DNA of 58,185 nt, counting the filler, from Catajapyx aquilonaris (lineage: Eukaryota): the NCBI GenBank assembly GCA_000934665.2. It is 3 parts of 3 records of this genome, joined end to end, with 100 filler letters (N's around TTAATTAATTAA, not from the genome) between each part and the next. Parts side by side here need not be neighbours in the genome. Positions count along the whole stretch, not along the records: positions 38,933 to 58,185 come from JYFJ02006512.1; 2 more parts are not named here. One strand, 5' to 3'. The position numbers and the translations under genes were made by a program. Below the pieces are notes generated by a model. It was not told the DNA's origin. It saw only the letters and a program-made list of their open reading frames with translations, and did not search any database. Positions 47,392 to 58,185 of the stretch are shown piece by piece (positions within the stretch are counted from its first letter, which is position 1; the number at the start of each line of letters is the position of its first letter).

Positions 47392-49501
47392 ATGCTGGAG
47401 CGACGCACAAAATTGAGGCGTAGGAGAAACACCGTCCTCAAAGTATACTTTACGTCAGCGGTCATAACTGCCATTCTGATACTTTGTCGCCACCAAGTAG
47501 TGTTAGAGCATGAGACGATGAAGCACATTCACAGCAAAAACAAAGCCAAGGAATGGGCTTGTTCCTTGCCAAAATTTGACCCGTTTGACCTCAGAATCCT
47601 GCCATACATTAAGAAGTTAGGCGCATTGAACTGCAAGAAGGTACAACCCCCACTCACTTACCTCGACAGTCAAGGCATTTTACATGCCAATAAGGCTGCT
47701 TACAGACGTCTCAAATCCGCATCACCGTATTTATGGTGCAGATACCGCAATATCTGGCTGGTAGACGACTTCACACTGGAATATGGAAAATCACATGTGA
47801 GTTTTTACAGTTTCTTACTTGCTGTAGGACATTGTACGGAGTCGTTTCCGTAAGTCAACAATGATGTGTTGTTACCTTTTCCAGAGGCTCAGGCCTGCTC
47901 AAAGAATATTGTCCGACACATGCCTAGTGGAGTGCACAAATGGAACTACTTTGTTGTACGAAAATGTCCATATTTATGCGAAAGATCCTGTCTCACGTCC
48001 ACCTCTACGAGTGGACAACAGTCGTCCGAGTGTCCTTCTGCTGGCCATTGATTCTATGTCTCAACACAATTTCATTCGACAACTACCCAAAACTTACAAG
48101 TACCTCACGACAAAGCTGGGCGCCACTGTGTTGAAGGGACTGAACAAAGTGGGCCTCAACACGTTTCCAAACATCGTTCCGTTGCTGACTGGTCTGAAGG
48201 TGTCCAATGACCTCTACGAACCGCATGACTTTCTAGCTCCAAGACACAAGTTTCGTTGGATGACCATGGACAACATGCCTCTTCTCTGGAGGGCGTATCG
48301 CAGTTACGGATACCTCACCCTGTACGCGGAGGACTTTCCAATTGCGCCGTTGTTCAACTTCGTGACCATGGGGTTTAAGAATCAGCCGGTCGACTTCTAT
48401 ATGAGACCGTTTTGGATGGCGACGGAAGACACGGAAATCAACGAGAAGAGCTCGAGATTTTGCTTCGGAAGTGTTTCGAGGCACAGCCTGATCCTGAGAT
48501 ATGCAGATCAGTTCATCAAAAAGCACAAGCACACACCTTACTTCGCATTTCCGTTCATATCAGAAATCAGCCACGACGACATCAACAACGTGCAACGAAT
48601 AGATGACGAACTTCATGGCTTCCTGAAGGACAATATTGATGCCCGTGTCTTGGACGATACCATCCTGATCGTCATGGGTGATCATGGCAACAGGTTAGGT
48701 CACCCAATAGTTGTTGACCTTAACTGTTATGGCGCTCCCCATTTCAGGTATGGAAGGTACAGACGAACACCCTTCGGTCGCATTGAAGAGAACATGCCCT
48801 TCTTCTCCATCCGCCTTCCCAAATGGCTGAGAGAGAAGCACACCCACCTGACCCTTAACCTGGAGACAAACAGTGAGCGACTGACCACGTGGTTCGACGT
48901 GCACGAGATGCTGGTGGACGTGTACCTGGACGACCTGGGGGACGGGGAGTCCTCCTCTGTCTGGAGGCCTCCTTCGCCCCACGGGATCTCTCTCTTCAGG
49001 CAGTTGGTCCCTCTTAACAGGACATGTCAGGACGCATGTATACCACTGGAGTACTGCATCTGCAGCGTGGAGGAGAGTGTACCGGTGGACGCACCTGAAG
49101 TTGTGTCTGCAGCAAATGCACTTGTACAGCACGTCAATAAGCTTCTGGTTCCTGTGATGGCTCGGTGTCATGTTTTGATGCTCATGGTCAGTGTCTTTGC
49201 CTCTTCTTCTCTAGTCATATCATTAACAGCCTATTGTTCACAGGCTGTTACTAGTGCACATGTGGTAAGTGATGGGTCTTTCAATGAACCGCTGGAAACA
49301 AAGGAAGAAGTGATCCTTCGGCTAGTGGTGGAGACAAAGCCCAATGGAGCCCTGCTGGAGGCCATGATGGAACGACGTGGAAGTTCGCAGGCATTTCAGG
49401 TCATGGGCCAAGTCAGTCGCATTAATCAGTATGGTGATCAATCACGGTGTATTCGAAATGCAATCCTTAGGCCATATTGCATGTGTAAGAGCAACAGATA
49501 A
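47392..49501 (+). CDS. DUF229-family type II membrane protein (alkaline phosphatase/sulfatase superfamily)
   Basis: Basic N-terminus plus TM (VYFTSAVITAILILC). Motifs CSLPKFDPFD, SVLLLAIDSMS..NFIRQLPKT, NKVGLNTFPN, GYLTLYAED, SHDD, MGDHGNR, EENMP, CQDACIPLEYCIC, RINQYGDQSRCI..LRPYCMC. Exons 47392-47796, 47885-48693, 48748-49186 and 49244-49501. Confidence 0.9.
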
Positions 49502-49848
49502 TAGTGGCCATGATGTTGCTTCTGCTTAGAACATTTGCTCTGTCACACTGCTGTACTGTTTCTCAGCATATCTTGTACTACCCAATATTACTTTAAGTTA
49601 TAAATAATAAATATTAAATTTTATATCTGAAATTAATTACCTATACAGCAAGTATGATCAAAAAAGCACAGAGGACAGCTCCGTGTAATCTTGCACAAAG
49701 AATATTGATAGTGTATCTCTCTATGGGTCGGTCCTATCACTAGCCCGAGATAGCACAGTTCAAACTTGAACCTTCTGTTTGTCACATCCCGCACTGATAA
49801 ACAACAAGTAGTGTATGAAGCAGACTCCGCATTGAACCAAAGTGCGAA

Positions 49849-51208
49849 ATGTGTGTCAGGATATTATACACTGCATGGGCTGTCACACTCTTGTTCGGTA
49901 AGTACATTTCACTAAAGTAGGGTGTTAGTACCACTTACTATTGCTACTATTATTTACTACTTTAGGCTCATGTGTGACGCAAAATGAGCGAGATTGGATT
50001 CAGCGGCTGTACTCAATAGATTCGTACCTATTTTCCGAGTATCTATCTACATGGCTTGAAGCTAGAAACACTTGCAAAATGTTTGGAGGCCAATTGTTGG
50101 TCATCGAGTCAGCCGAGGAGAAAGTAAGTGACCTTTTAATTTATCGGGTTTCATCGTGGTTTAATTAATTGATTAATTGCAGAAATGGTTGGATAACGAG
50201 CTGAGTGCAATGACATCCACGGAGAGATGGTGGATTGGTCTAACAGACTGGGTGAAAGAGGGTCGATGGAAATGGAGTGATGGAACAGCGATGAATGAAA
50301 CAATCACGTAAGATACTGTCAATGACATGTCATGTTCACTTGGTGCTTTATTGTGGGTAGAAGCCTGTTAATGCACCGTGTAGGTGCGTTAACAGGGCTT
50401 GTGGTGGGTGCACCTTCGGTGCACGCGGTAAGGGCACCCATAGCGAGCAGTAACTGTACAGGAGCGCCACCTGGCAGCGTGTGGAGCACGTACCCTCTAG
50501 CGGAAGGTGGTGGAAGGTGTGTAGGGAAGGGGACTAAACAAGGATGTAGTCAGAGAGGTGGTGTACCCAGTGGGGAGAGAGTTCCAGCGGACATGCAAAC
50601 ATCGTTGACAGTATTAGGTGAAATATTATTGAGAATGATGATGTTTCAGCCCGTGGGATGTAGGCAGCCCGCAGAACAGAGTGGAGGAAGACTGTGGAGT
50701 CATCACTAGTGATGGACTCATAAACGACGATGCATGTCACTTGCAACACGGTTTCGTATGCAAGAAATCAACAGACGTAATGCAAGGTAAACGGGATAAT
50801 CATGTTATGCATGTGTCAGAGGCACTTAATTGATATGGACAACGATAATGTGATATCTGCGTCATGTTTTTTTCGCAGAAGGTGACAATGCGACATCGTT
50901 GCAAGGTTCAGCAAATGTTCCTTATGACAAAGAGGAAGTCGAGACTTATCACTTTGCTGTTGCCTACACTTTCATCGGATTCGTATCGGCCCTCTTTTTC
51001 CTATTGGTAAATTGCACTAGTAGTCCGCATTGCTAATATGTAACGCAATAATAGATATGATTATATTAATACAATCTATTTCCTGCAGGGAGTCGCCTTG
51101 TTCCTGACACGTCGCAGCAAATTCATCAGATACTCAAGAGTATCTCGCAGTCCGTCGATTTCATCAACAGCAGCGATAATGCGGAACGAAATTATTGATG
51201 AACAATAG
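49849..51208 (+). CDS. Type I transmembrane C-type lectin domain protein
   Basis: Exons 49849-49897 (signal peptide MCVRILYTAWAVTLLF), 49966-~50123 (TWLEARNTC..GGQLLVIESAEE), ~50183-50307 (WWIGLTDWVKEGRWKWSDG), ~50651-50787 (EDCG..INDDAC...FVCK), ~50879-51006 and 51089-51208 (TM and cytoplasmic tail). Confidence 0.88.
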
Positions 51209-51473
51209 CCGCGATATTTGTGTCCATATAACTATTATGAGTTGCAAATTTTCATTCAGGTTCATAAAAAGTGTCACTTTATATATGCATGGAGTTTCAG
51301 AAGTACATATTTGATAAGAGATTGAACAATAATTTATTTTAATGTAAATAAACAATGGCATGTGTTTCTGGGTTAATATGTTACTTTAAAAATTAAAATT
51401 GCTTTAGCATTTTCAAGATTTGTTACTAGCTCCGTACAGCGATACCGTTCTTCACACTGGCATTGGTGATGAG

Positions 51474-51535
<62 letters not shown>

Positions 51536-52090
51536 AACGTACACGTGGAGGTCACTCTGAGCATGTTTGCTCAAGTCTGCTCTCAAGTTTGAATAATGCA
51601 CCGTGTAAGGAGTGCCAGTTGCAAAGAGCACATCTTCTGGGTCATTGTCCAACAGTTCAAGTGAAACGTCTTTAAAAAATATTAAAAATCGGTCCAGATC
51701 ATGAACCGAGTGACCGTCACATGTTTCGCAATTTCCAGATTACTGCCAAAAAATACTTACTGCGCAGTGTTATAGACAGATTATTATGAGGGGATTATGC
51801 CGGATTATGTTCAGTCCGCTACAGTCCTTCACCATCCTGGGTCTGTGTGACGCAAAAAAAAATATATATATCAGTCAAATGGATCAAACACAATAAGTCA
51901 AGCTTAAGTGTAGTAACATAGTTGCTTAATAACTTCAACACAACAGACCTGGAACAAAATTATCGAATTGTCCGGTGCACAATAATTAGGTTAATACATG
52001 TGTAATAAAATAATGTGAAGTGTCGATCGCGTAGTTGGCAGTCGTGTTGGCAGCCCAAAGCCCTTCGTATGCAGTCAGGTGGGTGTACAA

Positions 52091-52162
52091 AGTCACGTGA
52101 CTGGAGCTAATTTCCTCCAAGTTGTGCTGACCAATAGGAAACGGGCTTCCTTCCCTATAAAA
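52091..52162 (+). promoter_or_regulatory. Core promoter of the repeat-protein gene
   Basis: Palindromic E-box agtcacgtgact (52091), CCAAT (52131) and TATAAAA (52156), about 100 nt upstream of ATG 52259. Confidence 0.65.
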
Positions 52163-52258
52163 GTGGGCGACTGGGTGGTTCTGGTCCTCTTTCACAGCTC
52201 TCTCTCCCACTCTCCAACATTGCTGAACGAGGATTCTTCTGACTGCTTTGTTGGCGCA

Positions 52259-52875
52259 ATGAACAAGGTGAGTAGGTTTACTAGTGCATAGACTGAGATA
52301 CGGATTCGAGGACTGACTTTTGTTTTTCTTCGCAGATGCTGGTCGCTGTCTTCCTGGCCCTTGTGGCATGCTCGTACTCGTCCGCCGGGTACTACGAGGT
52401 GACTCCAGCGCCTACTTCCTACGGCTACGAGCAGCCAAAGTACGAAGAGAAATCCTACGGTTATGAGCAGCCCAAGTATGAGCAGAAGTACGAACAGCCA
52501 AAGTACGAAGAGAAATCATACGGCTACGAGCAGCCCAAGTATGAGCAGAAGCAGTCCTACGGCTACGAGCAGAAGTACGAACAGCCAAAGTACGAAGAGA
52601 AATCCTACGGCTACGAGCAGCCCAAGTATGAGCAGAAGCAGTCCTACGGCTACGAGCAGAAGTATGAGCAGCCCAAATACGAAGAGAAATCCTACGGATA
52701 CGAGCAGCCCAAGTACGAGCAGAAGCAGTCCTACGGATACGAGCAGCCCAAGTACGAGCAGAAGCAGTCCTACGGATACGAGCAGCCCAAGTACGAGCAG
52801 AAGCAGTCCTACGGATACGAGCAGCCCAAGTACGAGCAGAAGCAGTCCTACGGATACGAGCAGTCCAAATACTAG
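52259..52875 (+). CDS. Secreted Tyr/Glu/Lys/Gln-rich tandem-repeat structural protein
   Basis: Micro first exon ATG AAC AAG|gtgagt (52259-52267) and exon 2 52336-52875. Signal peptide MNKMLVAVFLALVACSYS, then repeats of SYGYEQPKYE(E/Q)K(Q). AATAAA at ~52925. Confidence 0.88.
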
Positions 52876-54109
52876 AACTACGGCTATTGAAGTGTAAAAA
52901 TTATAATGCTTATTACTTGGCCTTAATAAACATGGAAATAGTACATGGCAGTTATGCTTTATAAACCACCTCAATTAAATGAATGCGAGAAACTGCAGAT
53001 AGCTAGTCATGGTGCTGATTGCTTTTCACTTATCCTGAAAGCACATAGTGGCTAATTGGTTGATCCACATGAATGGTCAGATGGGCCACGTTTCTTGAAT
53101 TACAGTGCTAATTCAGTGGTCCACTTTTCCCACCAACAATTACCTCCTCACAATGAGTAAATGCTCCCACTGCGCCTATTAAATAAATACCTGAAACAAA
53201 TTTCCAGAATAAAGCTACATCCTGTACTGTACCTCACGTGGACACATTTTTTTGGTCCGCAGGGAAATATCAGTATTGGTCAGCTATATTAGTTTCAGTT
53301 TTGAACAGTTTCTCTGCAGTTATAGAATTAACCTAGTTCATTATTATTCATAATATCAAATGTTTTTTACGTTGTCGTGGGCTTTTACGTTTATGCCTTG
53401 GAGTATGAAATTCGGTGAAGATTAAAGAGGAACTATGCATGTTCCATGACAAAAACTCGTCCCTTCTGCGTTTTTGATGTGCATAACTTACGTAATATTT
53501 GTCAATATGAAGTTACTACCAACCAACCTTTCAATCAACGTGCCATGATTAGCCAAAAATATCTGCGAATTACAATCTGCGGATAATAATGGCCTTGGAT
53601 TTGGCACAAATAACTGCATGACAGCTTGGACTAATCATTGAGTAATTATTCAATGTGGCTAAGACAAGCATTAGGTTCTACTGCACTTCTGTACATAGGT
53701 ATAACTAATATATGCGAGCTAATGCACCTCTGAATGACTAATTGTTTTGAAATTACCCGAAGTATAATAAATTATCAGCATTATGCCGAAAATTATCATT
53801 CGGTATCAAATGAGGACGTGGCTTATCGCTTCCTGAAAATGTTGAAGGCACATTTTTCTACTGTATAGGCCTACACACATATCTGATGCGTGATTACTTC
53901 GTTGAATTTAGTTCTTGCTTACTTAGCACTTTGAGTGGACGTTACTCGAGCTGGGTCGTCAACTACTACAGAAATATGCGGTTTCTGATGTGCTACTTGG
54001 TGTGCAGCCTACTTGGTAAGACAATGCACGTGATATTACCGACTTAATTGTCAGTTCGAAATCATTAATGTGTTGTTTTTATTTTTTCCATGTGCAGTGG
54101 CAGGTACAG

Positions 54110-54275
54110 GCCAGCAGTGCATGATTGTAATACCGTCACATAATAGCCTGATACAAAACCTAACTGCAAATGATTTTCACATCACTTATGATGCTCCTGC
54201 AACATGGATAGATGCTCACAACATCAGCCATTTGTATGACACCATAGTGGCTGTTGAGTCTGCAGACGTGATGGG
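54110..54275 (+). pseudogene. Possible decayed C-type lectin exon
   Basis: ATWIDAHNISHLYDTIVAVESAD parallels STWLEARNTCKMFGGQLLVIESAE of the upstream lectin but lacks the Cys; no further exons recognised. Confidence 0.35.
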
Positions 54276-54793
54276 GTGGTGCTACCACCAGCATTTCAGA
54301 AGGTCCACCCTTTTTGTCATACTTCAATTATTCTGGGCAACTGTGGCATCAGTGGTCTTAATAGTAAGTGGACCTGTGCTTATATTGTATGGATTTTAAT
54401 AAACTTCTAAGTTATCTTTACAGTCTATGGGCATGTGGTGTGTCCATGAGAGGTTTTTCCTGCCTCCAACATGTGATCCTGGTCAACGGCATGAGCCAAA
54501 AGAACTTTTAACCCTGATGTAACATTAGTAGGAAGCATGTCTCTAACAGAAGATATTACCGTACAGTACGTTGTTACAATGGCGCTTTAGCAATTCCACT
54601 GACCGAAATAGTTTTATATTTCAAATATATAAATATATTATAAAATAAAAATAGACCTAATATTATTTTATAGTTATGATACCGTCATGAGCCAATAGTC
54701 GAGGTGTGACGTTGGACATGTACTCCAATCAAAAATCCTGTAGAAATGAAATTTAACAGGGAATTATACACACCTAGCTGAGCTGAACATGTA

Positions 54794-54934
54794 CTATGGG
54801 GCTCAAATTGTTTTGGCCACTTTATTTGGTCTTGAAGCAACCCTTCACACGCACACGCCTCCTCGCCGTGGGGCCTGTGCGAAGGGTTGCTTCAAGACCA
54901 GGATAGAGTGGCCGGAACTAATTGAACCCGATAG
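54794..54934. mobile_element. Diverged second copy of the MITE at 19707-19849
   Basis: Shares ttttggccacttta..tggtcttgaagcaacccttcaca...tgtgcgaagggttgcttcaagaccagga..agtggcc...ttgaacccgatag. Confidence 0.85.
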
Positions 54935-57005
54935 ATAGTACCTCGACTTGTGTTACTACTGGAGCTCGATCTGCTTCTTCCTCAGTAATTCCTGTTACAA
55001 ATAAAAGCTTTCAGGCGATTGTAGTATATTCCTATGAAAAATCTCTCTTTTTTGGTTCATTGCAGCACTGTCCTCCTCCACTATTAACATAAGATAATTG
55101 CATTATGCACAGGCGTATGAATTTTTCACGACCCACGAACAAATTAGGAGACCCAAAACCGGCTTGTACTTTACTGGCTGATTCTTAACTAATCATATGT
55201 TTTGCAAGTTGCTCCCCAGCCAATACTCGTTTCTTATTATATCTGTCGATTTAATATCATATCATATCATACTCACAACGAGACGGTCCACAATGGCCAA
55301 TGCCATCACTGGAATAGAAAAAGAAGAGACAAAGGTGCCTTTACTCGTGACCATAGATTAATAAACAGCCTTATTAATCTATGTCCGTGTTAGGCCTACG
55401 CTTATCAGGTCAGGTGTACTAGTCATATCCAGGTTTTTTATCGTGATGATGACTGTGTAAAGAAAGTCAAGCTCTAAGTAGGCATTTTGCATTGACATGG
55501 GGAGGTGAGAGACAGTAATCGGCACATGAACTTCTCCAGATAACTCCAAAATACACAGAGAAGGTATTTATTTCATCATCACAACAACTCAACATTAGTC
55601 GATATTCCTCTGGATAAAAAGAGTAACTATAGTATGCTACTTCTATCAAAAGTATACGTCACGGCTTGTTTATCAGCAAAACTTGGAGTAATTAGGGTTA
55701 TGGCTTGCATCAGACGTGGATATAGTTTGGCAGTGTTTTTGGCAGGGAGCAAAATTTCTATGTACTTATTCCAACATATGCTGCATGCTCTGCTTGCTCA
55801 TAAGAGTCATAACACTGAAATATTCAATCCTAGAAAAGTCACACAGTAATGTCAAACTTAAAAAATGCTGGAGTAAAAACTTATAATAATATATTACTAA
55901 AGAAATGTTATACTGTACATTGATGTACCGGCGCCTCATGCAGCATTAAACAACCATTTGACATATCTCAGGCGCGATAAGTGATGAGATATTATTTATC
56001 TCCCTTCATTAACCAGTAAATGGAGGGAATTACAAGAAGGAAAAGATGTTACACTCGATTGGCTGTGGGAAACTCCCGCTGATAGTTCAGAATTTTTAAA
56101 TATGTGAAGTTAAGAGCTATATCTTTTGTTGATAACTGACAAATTCTAATTCCAGTACACTTCATTGTGAACAAGCCGATCATTAAGGAGTAGCTGTTGG
56201 GTGAGTGTACCTTAAATTGAATTAAAATATATTCCGGGTAGTGCGCTGCTACACAAGCTCACAGTTCACGAAATAAGTACGGGAGATGATGCGGATTGTT
56301 TACCCTCAGCAACGAGGGGAGCAACCTGTCAGCGTCATGGCCAAAATCGGTTGCCTACAGAATCGCTTCTTTTTGAACTGATTTCTTGGGTGAACAATTC
56401 TTAACTTATGCACTATATGTCACTCTTGACTTGAATGGTTTTGAGAGAAATAGGCTTGCTTTTGTCGCAGAATATATAATCCAGCACTGCACACTTCATA
56501 AACTTGCTTCTATATTTACAAGACTGTCACATGGACGCCAAGATATCGGGAGTATTTTAAGACATGCAACCATGCCTTATCAAGTATTGTACATTTTGTT
56601 CTTGGTGTGAAGGTGTACCTAGTGGAATATTTTATCCGGGTAAGACCTGTGATGTGGTTGTCAAGTTTGGAAGATTCCCCTGACACACTTACCCTGCACT
56701 TACCCCAGCTTTATGTAAACCCCCGTTAAGTTAGCAGCTGTGGGTCGTAGGGAATGGGGTGTCCGCTACAGCGCTGCGTAGGGCTGCGGACCAGGGCTGT
56801 AGTGTGTGGCGATCCTAGCGAAAGGTTCTGCATTTAGTAAAATTCACGTCTTATAATATCGATGCAAGGTGCTAAAGATATAATCGTCCGTTAGGATCGC
56901 GACATACGGCAGCCATGAAAGGTACTCTGTCCGCTTTCCGCTATCAACTGTGGGTGGCTTGGGTACTCCCCCTCTTAAGCGATAATAAGAGGGGGAGTGC
57001 CCAGA

Positions 57006-57329
57006 CCATGGTCTTGGAATAGGAAGGTCTGGTCACTCCCCTCTTATCGCCTTAGGGCACCTTAGGGGCTTGACGGGTTGGTTTGCGGCAGGTGGCCGCG
57101 TGATAGCGCTTTTCAAGGCTTCACAGACATGTGGCGACCCTATACTCTACTGCTCTGAACTTGTAGAAGATTCTACCTAAATTCAGAGCAGGCAGGTATA
57201 GGGTCGCCACATGTCTATGAAGCCCTGAAAAGCGCTATCACGCGGCCACCTGCCGCAAAACACCCCGTCAGTCAGGCCCCTAAGGCGATAAGAGGGGAGT
57301 GACCAGACCTTACCATTGTAAGATCATGG
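57006..57329. mobile_element. ~325-bp foldback element (arms ~155 bp)
   Basis: ggtctggtcactcccctcttatcgccttaggg...tttgcggcaggtggccgcgtgatagcgcttttca..gcttca.agacatgtggcgaccctatac is mirrored after ~57175. Confidence 0.8.
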
Positions 57330-57449
57330 CCCAGAATGGCTCCAGATTCAGCAGTAGAGCCATTTCTCTATTATACACAAGTATACCATATACTCTACGA
57401 AAATGTAGTTTCGGACAAACTCGCCCTTTGCTTTCTCTATAGAAATTAG

Positions 57450-57695
57450 GTGTCCAGAATGGGGCAGGACAACGACAAAGGCATCACTGCACCAAGCAGC
57501 ATTGAACAACAACGTGGACCTATTGAAGTGCAGTACTACCGAGCCGACGTCAATAACACTTACGGGGGCACACCGCTTCACCTAGCCATCAGGAGGGGTC
57601 TCCTGGGAGTGTTTGATTGTCTTCAAAACCTCGGTGCGGACGGAATGATCGAAGACTTGCACAGTAACATGCCACTGCACTATTTCTCTCATTGA
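57450..57695 (+). pseudogene. Ankyrin-repeat exon or fragment
   Basis: ADVNNTYGGTPLHLAIRRGLLGVFDCLQNLGAD...MPLHY; one full repeat and a second that ends at a stop codon. No clean upstream exons found. Confidence 0.55.
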
Positions 57696-57905
57696 ACTAT
57701 TTTGACCTTTTTACCCCGCTCATTGGATACTTCTAGTTTCAGAGATATTCTGTTTCAAAGTTTTCCCGCCGAAATCTTTTAACTGCGATTGTACGCATCC
57801 CATTTGGTTTAGCCGTCTGAAATTAATGGACCTAGCAGTACTTCCAAAGGACTACCAGGTCCATTGGTCCCATTCATTGGGCTCGTTTTGTTTCATAATA
57901 ATAAC

Positions 57906-57971
<66 letters not shown>

Positions 57972-58185
57972 TGGGGTAGTGCTTTCACCCCCAACTGGGG
58001 GTATATCACACGGACCTTTATTTTTGTTATTATTATTGTACAGTAGCTGGTTCAGGGACAGGGTAGGGATAGGAGGGAGGGACACTGGTGAGCAATTCCA
58101 TATGTTACACCCCACACATCGCACACAATTCTTGAACTTTGACGCAAGATTTAAATGGGAAAACGGGGGTTTCAAGTCATGACTT

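Noticed and set aside
52440..52870. Regular repeats resembling a CRISPR array, and a hydrophobic antisense ORF (52516-52974)
   Set aside because: No unique spacers; eukaryotic coding repeat. The antisense ORF is a shadow of it.

Overview
Eukaryotic, intron-rich invertebrate scaffold (protostome, probably arthropod; mostly 50-70 nt introns; two 100-nt scaffold gaps). From left to right: the 5' exons of cytoplasmic dynein intermediate chain (-) lie head-to-head with a complete Rabex-5/RABGEF1 gene (+). Next is a large type II membrane mosaic protein (TM-SEA-EGF-EP/ST-rich stalk-3xLDLa-SRCR-trypsin fold) whose catalytic His and Ser are lost (-), then a decayed Helitron with an intact 3' end. A tandem array of six SEC14-like CRAL-TRIO/GOLD loci follows (three complete, one 5'-truncated, one pseudogene, one cut by a gap). 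After it come an intact V-domain tRNA SINE, three tandem GT7 beta-1,4-GalNAc-transferase-like genes, a DUF229 alkaline-phosphatase-superfamily gene, a transmembrane C-type lectin, a secreted Tyr/Glu/Lys/Gln repeat protein and an ankyrin fragment, with many MITEs and foldbacks interspersed. Strongest signals: all 11 differences in two ligand-pocket exons of recently duplicated SEC14 paralogs are nonsynonymous; one paralog appears chimeric; all three GalNAc-transferases carry WGWGCEDDD; there is a possible glycan-modification neighbourhood (GalNAcT x3 + DUF229 + lectin); and a candidate alternative first exon would give a dynein IC lacking its N-terminal coiled coil. Gene calls are from motif recognition by eye; no database searches were run.
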